A program made the position numbers and the translations under genes. A DNA stretch of 64,000 nt from Nageia nagi (lineage: Eukaryota; Plantae; Pinophyta). Below the pieces are notes generated by a model. That model made no database searches. It saw only the letters and a program-made list of their open reading frames with translations, and was not told the DNA's origin. Of the stretch, positions 1 through 11,500 are shown piece after piece; position 1 is the stretch's first letter, and each line of letters begins with the position of its first letter. The DNA lies in assembly GCA_050084985.1 (NCBI GenBank), contig JBITNC010000001.1:43028001-43092000 (forward strand), given 5' to 3'.

Positions 1-3000
1 ATTGGATGATGATCATCCATGCAAGATTGTCGATATAGGCAACTTGGTTAAGCATGCATTTAGAATTTTGGAAGGCTTTGAATATGTGGCAATGAGATAG
101 TTGGCCACTTCTCTTGCTCTCTCTTCTACAGTTTTGGATGTAGCTTGGATTGGAAAGAAGGTTTCCAATGTATTATTGTTCTTGATTAATGAAGACCAGA
201 GATTGGAAAAGCAATCGGAGAAATGAAGAAAAACAATGTCTAGGGGGATGGACATGGCAAAGATCATGTTTCATTATGTGTAAGCACGCTATGGGCATAG
301 TCATAGTTATGTGGATCTTGTTACAATTGGTGATAGTGAAATTATCATGATGCATGGGTGATAATGGAGATGTTGAAATATCATAGTTATGTTGTAGGTA
401 AGATTAAATGTGTTGTTCATTTATCACAGGAGAAAGTGTGTGGATGACACTAGCGATGGTTCAGAACATGGATACAATCATCTAGAGGAGTTGACATTCC
501 TTGTTTGGTTGAAGAGGTTCTTTGATGGTTACAACAGCGGTAGAGTTGTGAATCAGTGTCCAAGTGGGAGATTGTTAGGTTGTGGAGTTTGATTGCATGG
601 GAACTTGATGTTTCCAATTTGGTGTGACTCTAGGAATAGAATTATACTCCAATTGTGCATGATTTTGTGGATCTAATTTTAGCATGTGCATGCAAGAATA
701 GAATCCAAAGTTGCATGGGAATTGGATATTTTCTATTTATTTTAAGTGCTCCATTAGTGAGCGATGAGGATCATTATATAATAGTCATTGTATTAGGTTT
801 CTCTATGAGAGAGAAAGGATGTAGATGCTTGGAGATGCATGGTGATGCTCCTCCATTACATAGGATGCATGTAATGTACTATAGCATGTAGATACAAGGT
901 GATTACATAGTGATTAATGAGCTTGGGTAGAACCCTAGGTTATGGGCTTGGTATAGAGCCATATGCTATGAGCTTTAGGTTAGAGTTATGGGTGAGCTTG
1001 GTAGAGAGCTTGCAAAAGGATTGCTTTATGCAAAGTTATAATCATGGTTAGAGTGATTATGTTGTGAGTGAGAAACTCATGGAAAGATACTAGTGTATTG
1101 AGAGGAGGTTGTAGTTGGTTGTGTTGCAGAATTATTCCTTCATGGAGATTGTATTGGTGTAATACAATGAACTAGATATTTCTTGGTGGATGTAGCCCAC
1201 ATCGGGTGAGCCATGTTATATGTTGTGTTTCTTATCTTGCATGCATATATTTTTCTCTTTTGTTAGTTCTAATATGTTTTTGTTTTTATTATTAGAAGGA
1301 TTTGCTCTCAAAATCGTATTTTTATATACTAGATCCTAACAAATGGTATCAAAGGGTGTTGGAGGATCTCTTGAAAGGAAAGAAGGGTTTCTTTGGTTCG
1401 AGTGAAAGCATGAAAGAAGCAGCAAAGATATTCTTGAGAAGGCATGGTGGTCTCATAATCCATTGATCTTGGAATGGAGATGAAGGAGATTATGTTTAGG
1501 TGACTATGGACATGTGTATTGGATGATGATTATCCATGCAAAATTGTCAATATAGGCAAATTGGTTAAGCATGCATTCATAAATTTGGAAGGCTTTGGAT
1601 ATGGGGCAAAGAGATAGTTGGCCACTTCTCTTGTTCTTTCTTCTATAGTTTTGGATGTAGCTTGGATTGCAAAGAATGTTTCTAATTTATTGTTCTTGAT
1701 TGCGGAAGACTAAATATTGGCAAAGTAATGGGAGCAATGGAGAAAAAGAATGTCCAAGGGGATGGACATGTCACAATCATGTTACATTGTGTGAGCATGC
1801 TATGGGTGCAATCATAGTTATGTGGATCTTGTTACGAATGGTGATAGTGTAATCATCATGATGCATGGGCAATTATGGAGATGTTGAAATATCATAGTTA
1901 TGTGGTAGGTAAGATTATGTTGTTTGTTGAAGAAAGAAGAAAGTGTATGGATGACACTAGTGTTGTTTCAAAACATGGATACAACCATCTGGAGGAGTTA
2001 ACATTCCTTATTTGGTTGAAGAGGTTCTTTGACAGATGCAGCACTTATAGAGTTATTGTGAATCAATCTCCAAGTGGAAGATTGTCAAGTTATGGAGTCT
2101 GATTGTATGGGAACTTGATGTTTCCAATTTAGTGAGACTCCAAGAATAGAATTATACTCTAGTTGTGCATGATTTTGTGGATCTATTTTTAGCACGGCAT
2201 GCAAGAATAGTGATCTGAATTGAATCGTGCTAGGTTGGTCTCCACATAAGTAGTACTCATTCCAAAGGTATTTATGGTTGGAGACTGATCGAAAACTGAA
2301 ATCTCAAGGTAATTAGTGATAAAAATCACGTTGTTAACGACATGCATCTACTATTTTTAGTTCGTTAATGATGTGCATCTTGATGAGTCAACAATGGAAG
2401 TTGAAGGGGCATCAACAATTCGAAAAGCTGAGTGGTTCAAGATCATCAACTGGCATCTTGGAGATATTTCCAAGCATAATTTAAGGCGTGCTATGCTCTT
2501 AATTCTTCAATGGAGTTTTAGAAAGTTTTGGGGTTTTGGGATTGTAAAGATTTGAAGGATGCTGAGTCATTCCAAAATTTTTATAGTTCTGAAGTTGTTC
2601 TTGTTGTAAGAGATGGTATTTCTGTATATGTATGTAATATTGTAATGTCCATGGACAATGGGAAGAGAAGACTCCAATTTCATACTAGATTAGCTCACAT
2701 TCGGTGAACCAGGTAAATCATTGTGTTGATCTTCTTGTGTGTGATGGAAATTGTTAATTTATAGTTTTATATTGTGCAATTTCGAATTTATATGCAATTT
2801 GATGGATCTTGTAATAGTGAATGTTTTTTCGTTCGAATCTGTAAATGAGGATCCAAGTATTCTATAAGCATCCATGATTACAAATCAATTAAAATCCAAA
2901 GTTGCATAGGAATTAAATATTTTCTATTTATTGTAAATATTGCATTAGTGAGCAATGAGGATTATTATGTAATAGCCATTGTATTAGGTTTTGTCTCTGA

Positions 3001-4983
3001 GAGAGAGAAAGGATGTAGATGCTTGGAGATGCATGGTGATGCTCCTCCTTTCAGAGGATGTATTACAACTTGGAGATGCAAGGTGATTGCATAGTGATGA
3101 AATAAGCTTGGGTAGAGCCCTAGTTTATGGGCTTGGTGTAAAGCCATATGCTATGAGCTTTAGGAGTTATGGGTGAGCTTGGTAGAGAGCTTGCAAAGGG
3201 ATTGCTTTATGCAATGTTGTAATCATGGTAAAAGTGATTATATTGTGAGTGAAAGAAACTCATGGAGAGATACTAGTGTATTGAGAAAAGGTTGCAATTG
3301 GTTGTATTGTAATATTATTCCTTCATGGAGATTGCATTAGTGTAATACAATGAACTAGATATTTCTTGGTGGATGTAACCCACATCGAGTGAACCACATT
3401 ATATGTTGTGTTTCTTCTTATCTTGCATGCATGTATTTTTCTCTTCTGTTGGTTCTAATATGTTTTCGTTTTCATTTTTGAAAGGGTTTGCTCTCAAAAT
3501 CTTATTTTTATAGACTAAATCCTAACAATTGGTATCAAAACATGTTGGAGGATCTCTTGAAAGGAAAAAAAGGTTTATTTGGTTCAAATGTGAGCATGAT
3601 AGAAGGGAAGATATTCTTGAGAAAACATGGTGGACCTCATAACCCATTGATCTTGGAATGGAAATAGAGATTATGTCTAGGTGACTATGGACATTTGTTA
3701 TTGGATGATGATCATCCATGTAAGATTGTCGGTATAGGCAACTTGGTTAAGAATGCATTCAAAATTCTAGAAAGCTTTGGACATGTGACAAAAGATAGTT
3801 GGTCACTTCTCTTGCTCTATCTCTTCTAAAATATTGGATGTAGCTTGTATTGGAAAAAAGGTTTCCAATGTATTGTTCTTGACTACAAAAGTGTGAGCGA
3901 TTAAGAAAAAAATGTCCGAGGACAAACATGGCACAAATCATGTTGCACTGAGTGTGAGCATGTTATGGGTGCAACCATAGTTATGTGGATCTTGTCACGA
4001 ATGGTGATGGTGTAATCATTATGATTCATGGGTGATCGCAGAGATGTTGAAATATCACAATTATATGGTAGGTAAGATTGTATGTTGTTCGATGATCACA
4101 AAAGAAAGTGTGTATGACACTAGTGATGGTTTAAAACATAGATACAATAATCTGGAGTTCACATTCTTTATTTGGTTGAAGAGGTTCTTTGACAAATGCA
4201 ACAACAATAGAGTTGTTGTGAATCAATCTTAGGTTGTGGAATCCGATTGCATGGAAACTTGATGTTTCCATTGTGTTGCAACTCCAAGAAAATAATTATA
4301 TTCCAATTATCCATGATATTGTGATTCTAATCTTATCATGTGAATGCAAAAATAGAATCCAAGGTTGCATGTGAATCGAGTATTTTCTATTTATTTTAAA
4401 TGCTCCATTAGTGAGCGATGAGAATTATTATGTAATAACCATTGCATTACGTTTATCTCTAAGATACAAAGGATGTAGATGCTTGAAGATGCATGGTGAT
4501 GCTTCTCCTTTACAAAGGATGCATATAATGTACTATAACATGTAGATAAAGTGATTGCATATTGATGTAATGAGCTTAGGTAGAACCCTAGGTTACGTGT
4601 TTAGTGTAGAACCATATGCGATGAGCTTAAAGTTAAAGCTATGGATGAGCATGGTAGAGAGCTTGCAAAAGGATTACTCTATGTAATGCTGTAATCATGG
4701 TGAGAGTGATTATGTTATGAGAAACTATACTAATGTATTAAGGGGAGGTGGTTGTTTGTTGTATTACAAGATTATTCCTTTATGGAGAATGTATCCGTAT
4801 AATACAATGAACTAGATATTTCTTGGCAAACATGCCCACATCGGGTGAACCATATTATATGTTGTGTTTCTTCTTTAATTGCATGCATGTGTTTTTCTCT
4901 GTTGTTGGTTTTAATATATTTCTGCTTTTATTATTAGAAAGGTTTGTTCTTAAGATTTTACTTTTATAAACTAGATTCTAACA
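1..4983 (+). mobile_element. Tandem array of a small non-autonomous copia-derived LTR retroelement (TRIM/LARD-like), at least 3 units, open to the left
   Basis: LTRs 573-1341 (TGTTAGG...CCTAACA), 2083-3527, about 4229-4983; tRNA-iMet PBS TGGTATCA at 1344 and 3530; PPT CCAAGTGGGAGAT just before 573 and 2083; internal units of about 0.7 kb with copia-like scraps (DDHPCKIVDIG, WLKRFF). Confidence 0.85.
2211..2887 (+). mobile_element. Solo LTR inserted in the second LTR of the array
   Basis: 677-bp segment absent from sister LTRs; TGATCTGAAT...TTACAAATCA ends; degenerate 5-bp TSD aatag/attaa. Confidence 0.7.
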
Positions 4984-5428
4984 ATATATATTCGCAGGAA
5001 AAGATATTACAACTAAAAATCGTTTAAATGGCTTTTACCTGACGAACTTTTGTTAAACATAATCAATCTAGTTTAGTATTATATCAACATGTTCTAAACC
5101 TCGAGAATTCAACACCAAGATTAAAACAATACGAAAAACCACTATTGATTGTTTTCTTCAGTATCATTCATTTATATTGTTCAGACTTCTATTTATCTAA
5201 AAATTCAACAAGACTAAAACACTAGGAAAAGCACACTCACTAAAAGATAAAACTGAGAGTGCATTAAGATCACATCCTTTTCTCAGGCTTCAGTGGCAAG
5301 TATAGCGAATTTCTACTAGAAAAGTTTATATGTAGCTACATTTTACAAATTAAGCTGCAAATTGCAAACATCCCAAGGTAGCCTATTGCACCAACATGTT
5401 GCAAATCATAGAGACCTGTTTCCCAGAT

Positions 5429-5509
5429 CTAAGGAACCAAACTTTTTGATGCAATCTCGAAAACGTTTTCCGACAAACCATTTGATGCTACAATCCTCTC
5501 CAATTGAGC
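5429..5509 (-). CDS. MPA1: Aminopeptidase terminal exon [26 protein letters not shown]
   Basis: Acceptor tttgcag then GCT CAA TTG ... CCT TAG; matches the PepN-family C-terminus; phase 0 with the donor after 26174. Confidence 0.92.
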   Translation of the reverse strand, partial: AQLERIVASNGLSENVFEIASKSLVP

Positions 5510-8500
5510 CTGCAAAAGTAAATAGAAGGAAATACCAAGAAGATTCCACAAACTATCACCCAACATATGCAGAAATAATTAAATACTGTAAGAAAATTGG
5601 AGACACATTTGGAGCTTTTTTATCCAAGTATTAACAGAACCGAATCAAATTTATCATTCAGAAATCTTTATTGTTTGAAAGCAGAGACATATATGCCATG
5701 CAAAATCAGCTTTTTCTTTTTAAGGCTAAAATACCATTTGGAAAATGAGGTATATATTATTTACCAGTATAAAACAGTGACATGTTCCCCCAGTTATCTA
5801 TTCCTATAGCATGTCCATAAGGTGAACAACTACTACCTCAAACAAAAGTGAGAAGTATTCCTTCTTTCACATTATCACCATTTTACTAAACTATCATCTG
5901 ATATTGTTGCACTTCAGACAGTGTTGCTATCAACCTAAAACATGTAAACGGAAGATGGAGTCCATTACATTGCCAAAAAAGTGAAAAGCATTCACCATGT
6001 GATGATGGCATATGACAAAAGGATACCCAATAGAGTGCTTCAAGCTGTAATTTCAGCAGGTAATGATGGCATATGACAAGAGGATGCCCAATCAAGTGCT
6101 TCAAGCTAAACAACAGAAGTATGTCCTTGTTTTTTATGATAACTGTCATTAGCAATTAAATACCACAAAGTCCAGCAGAAGAGCACAAATCAATCTTGAG
6201 GATTATGTACATCAATTTTGGCATTTCTAGGTTGGGTTCCTTGCTATATCAAGGAATTAGAGTTTAGCTGTTCATGTTCTTCAGTTTGGTCAAGTATTAG
6301 TTTTACCATGTGTGGAGTACCATTTTAAAATATGCATGTAGAAAGATCACAAGTTTAACATGTATATAGGATTGGATGGTGTTTGCTTGTAATTTTGGCA
6401 TCATCAATATAGCACTTTTTCAGTGATCTTGATTAATAGTACAATGATGCAGAAGCACTATTGTAGAAATCCAGGGATCTGTATGTACTATGTATGTATT
6501 AAAAATATAGATTCATTTATTTACCTACAAAATACTGAACATTGCAAACCAAAATACATCCTCAGAAAGAACATGGCCTTCTACACTGTAAAAAACAGGA
6601 TTCAACAATGTATTAACAACAATTATTCCACATAATGTTGTAGGCTCACCTCTTATTTAAATTATGTATAAATAATAAGGCATTTGCATATTGTGTACCA
6701 ACTTTTCTACAACCATTCTAGGAGTTTTGTGAAATTTTTAAGTTTTTGCAAAAGCTTGTGCCCAAGCTTCCTATTGTGCATTTCTTCTTGTTGAGCAATC
6801 TACAATGGCTGGCAACAACAATTCATTGCCTCTTCCTGAATTCAATAGTGAGGACTATGAGTATTGGAGTATCAAAATGAGAACTCTACTTACAAGCAAA
6901 GGCATTTGGGATATAGATGAAGATGGTCACATTGAACCATGTTACCATCGTAAGAGAAGAAATCAAGGACCTGACTTCTCTTGATTATGATCAGCTGATT
7001 GGTTCATCGATCTCCCATGAATGAAGGCTACAAGAAACTACATCATCAAATGTTGGTGGTGTTGAAGAGAAGGCTTTTGCATCCAAAAAGGGTGAAGTTA
7101 GCACAAGTCGTCAAGGTCAAGGCCAAGGGAGAGGACAATTTCCTTTGAGAGGGAGAGGGAGAGGAAGAGGAAGAAGAGGTGCTCCTCAAGGAAGAGGAAG
7201 AGGTGACAAACAAAACAATGTTACTATTGTAACAAGTTTGGTTGCGATGAGAAAGATTGTAGATTAAAGGCTTCTCAAGAAGGGAGAAGTAGTGCACATT
7301 ATAAAGAAGAGGATGGATCTTCAAACTTATTTTTGACTTATGGCAAATCTGATCAGAATTTGCAAGAGACATGGATACTCGATACAAGCTGCTCCAACCA
7401 CATGACTGGCAAGAGGGAGTCGTTTGCTACCATGTACAACTCATACAAGTCCAAGATCAAGCTTGGAGATTTATTACATTCCAAATTTGAAACATAATTT
7501 GTTGAGTGTTGGTCAAATAATGGAAAAGAATTATAAGCTTGTTTTTGAAGATGGCAAATGTGTAATATTTGACAAGAATAATGGTTATAGGTTGGTCACA
7601 ACAGTCCCTATGACAAGGAATAGACTGTTTCCATTCAAATTTGGAGGACAAGGGGCTGGTCTTACAAATATTGCCATAGAAAAAACAAAAGTTGATCGTG
7701 GCATCTTAGATTATGGTCATTTGAACTTCACAAGTTTGAGATTGTTAACAGCTAAAGAAATGGTATATGGGATACCAAAGGTTGAAGATCACAAAGGAGT
7801 TTCTGAAGGTTGTGCTTTGGGAAAACACTCAAGATCAAGTTTTCCGAGAGGAAAAGCATGGAGATTCTCCTTTACAATTGGTGCATTCCGACATATGTGT
7901 TGGGTCTATATGTTGAAGACCAAAGATGAAGCTTTTGAATGCTTTAAGGAGTTTAAAAATCATGTAGAGAATCGAAATGGATATTATGTAAAAGTGTCAT
8001 TCAATTGGCAAAGAACTCAATCCACCACAACAAGTCCAAACACTTTGATATGAAGTGGCACATCATAAGCGACATGGTGGAGAAAAGCATCATTGAGCTT
8101 AGGCATTGTAATACCTTGGACAATATTGTGGATATCTTCACAAAAGGTGTTGTCAAAGCTCAGTTTCTGAAGCTGAGAAACTCTTTGGTGAGTCCTCTCA
8201 ACATCAACGCGGAGAATGTTGAAGTTTGAGCCTGATCAAAACATATTATCATCAAGAATTCAACATTTTGTTCTGTAATCGGATATGACAACATTTTTGT
8301 TCTGTAATCGGATGTGACAAGACCGGTCCCTCAGAAGACCAATTGGCAATCCGATCCTCAAACCAATTGAACGATCGATCAGCACAATCGGATGATTGAT
8401 CCGACATTTCTAACTAGTCAGTCTGATGCATACCGATCCGCTTTCTTTCACGGGCAAAGTGTGACTATTTTTGGTTGTTTGGTATTTTCTTGGCTGTACG

Positions 8501-11500
8501 AGTGCAATTTAGTTGTTTGTTATGGTTTTCACAAGGATTTGATATTGTTTCTAGTAGATTTAGTTGAACATGAGAATATCATTCTCAAACAACATCTTTG
8601 TAATCTAGTTCCATTAGAGAACTATATATGTACTATATTCCGTTTTCTTAGTAATTCAATTAGCATATTTCGCATGCCATGGGGAGAGCCGGAAGTGAGT
8701 CAAGGAGCGCCAGCAATAGGTATGAACGTGCCAGCAAGAGATTTGCGAGCGTCAAAGAAGGGTCTACAAGCGCAATTACAAAGCGATCTGAAAAGCGCCA
8801 TGGAGAGTACAGCAAGACTGTCAAGCAGAACCATGGAGAGGTCTGCAACAGTGTCAAGCAGAACCATGAAAAGGTCTGTCACAACGTTACTCAGAAAGGA
8901 AGCAACAGTGCAAGTTCGAAGGTGGGTAATAGTGTCAACCAGAAGAGAAACAAACACATATAACTCAATTTTGAAGATGAGGATCTAGCCATAAATTTAG
9001 AAGAACTTCAAACACATAGTATAATCTGTAATCTGTAAGATCAAGGGTAGTAAACACCCTCATTCCGAAGACTTAAGAAGATTTGCAAAGGAAACATTTC
9101 AATGTGATGGGGAGTTTCGAATCAAATAATTTCTTTATATTTTGTTTTGAAGATTTGAATGACTACAAATGGGTTTTAAAGCACAAATGTAACTGGTTCT
9201 TTGGGCAAAGGATTTAGATGAGGGAATGGAGGAAATTATGGGATACCCAATCTGGATTAATTTATATGCACTTCCCATTGAATTTTGGAGTAAAAAAGCA
9301 ATTAGCAAAATAGGAAATGCCATTGGGGCTTTTCAAGGACTAGATGAGTATACTCAGGAGAATGTGTAAGCACTCCATGATTTAGGCAAAGCCAGAATCG
9401 TTGTTTGAATGAAGACATATGATTCTTGGCCAAAATCTATCACTCTTATCTTCAAGATGGAGAACCCATGTTCAAAGCATAGAGTATGAATGTTACTCTT
9501 TTAGATGTTTCAAGTGCCAACAACAAGGCCATAAGAGTAAATATTGCCCAAATTTTCAATGCACCATAGAAGAGGACATCTTAAAGGAGGATGAAGCAAG
9601 TGGAAATGAGTTCCAACAGAATGAAGAGCAAATCAAATAAGAAAAACCATCAAAACTCTCTATAAAAGAGGAATACGTTTGGCAAGGGCTACCAAAATAT
9701 GAGGATTCATCTCAAATAAAGGAGGAGCAATCACCATACGGAGCAAAGCAGACTCCATGCAAAGGAGGAACAAATCGTATGGAGCATCTTCTGAGAATAG
9801 GACTGAGCTTGATACTGAAAACAGAAGCCATGCCAAGACAACATCCACAAATTAGATAGAACCAAGAGGAAGTCGCAAAATCCCAAATTGGAAGCGAACC
9901 CATCCTCTACGCATGACAATCGAGGAGGAACTAAGCAGCAAAAGCTAGCAACAGCTGTTTTGAATTTCAAATTGTTGCAATCGCAAATCAAAGAGGGTAA
10001 TATGGTTTTTGAAAATACGGCTCAGGCCAAATACATAAAAACCAGTGTTCCACGGAGACGCATTTCCCCCCTGGAGAAGTTGTTACTGGCGTTCTCACAT
10101 TTTGGGAACTTGGGAATGCCTAGGGAACGTTTCCAAGCCGTTCCCTATTTGAGGGATGGCTAGGTGACGTCCCCAAGACATCTCCCAGGATGGGGGGACA
10201 TTCCCGACCATCCCTCCATCAGGAACAACCAAGGAATGGCAAGCCGTCCCCCCAGGGATGGCTAGCCATTTCCGACGTCCCCCCCGAGGCCAAACCCAAC
10301 AAGACTGGGATTTAAAAAAAATAAAAGCTTTTGATTTGGAAAAAAAACACTTAAAAGTGTTTTTTGATGGACCCAACCATGTTTGCATGCCTTCTAACCC
10401 TAAAAAGGTGCTCTAAAAGACAAAGTGATTTTGTAATCACTTGTCATTTTGTAGAGGAGAAAGAGGAGGAAAAAAAACACAGCAGTAGAAGAAAAAGACA
10501 GCAGTGAAGAGAAAGAGAGCAAGGAGGAAAAGAAACACAATAATGTAGAGAACAAAAGCCAAGGAGAAGAAGAAAGTTACCTAGCACAATCCAAGGTTTT
10601 TTTTGTTTCTCAGTTTCTACTTGTTTATAGTTATAGTTTAAACCTTTAAACTTGAAAGTTAAATTTTATAAATTTACTTGTAGTTGTTTTCTTAAAAAAA
10701 ACAAGATGAGTAGTGAGATTGGGGAAGAAAATCAAAGCTATGAGGTAGAAACAGAAATGGAAGCTGAAAATGAGCAAGAAAACACATCAATTTTTGATTG
10801 CCATCCACAATGTTAAAAGGTTTTGCTAAAGGGCCATTTAATCCTAAAAAACCTTTGATACAATTTGTCACAAACCTAGATGCTGGAAAAAAAATTGAAG
10901 GGGGAGCAAGAACTTATGTCACTTTTGTAACACTTCATTTAAAGGGAGTTATACCAGGGTTGAATCACATTTGACTGATAAACATGGGACAGGAGTGAGA
11001 GTTTGTATACAAATGAATAGATTTAAGTTTGCAAAAGCTAGGAGGCTTGTACAAGAGGCTTATCTTAAAAATCATGGGCTGCCCATTCCTAAATGTAGCC
11101 AATCCTCCCATGTATCCTCCTCCTCATCAGCTAGAGAAAAAGAAATTGCACTCTCTTCTAGCTTGCCAAGTCCTACATTCCCTTCCAAAAAAAGAGGAAA
11201 TATAGCTGAAGTATTAAACTTGCAGTAGAAAGAGAGGGCTGATGATGCAGTGGGAAAATTATTTTATGCACATGCCTTGCCTTTTCATCTTGCACGCTCA
11301 CCTTACTTGAGGGCAGCATTTGAGGAAGTAAGGTTGGTTGGGCCTTCATATGTATTACCTGACGAGACTAGACTTCGTACTTCTCTTTTGGAGAAGCAGT
11401 ATACTAGATGCAATTTGATGATGCAGGAGTTGAAGGCTAAATGGGTGCGTAGTGGATGTTCCATTATTATGGATGGATGACTGACATTCGTCAATGTCCA

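Noticed and set aside
6001-6108. 61-bp tandem duplication near the last exon
   Set aside because: Real but only two diverged copies with no functional signal
8392-8988. 198-aa ORF and overlapping ORFs as a novel gene
   Set aside because: Spans a copia LTR/LINE junction with a 33-bp internal repeat; no recognisable domain
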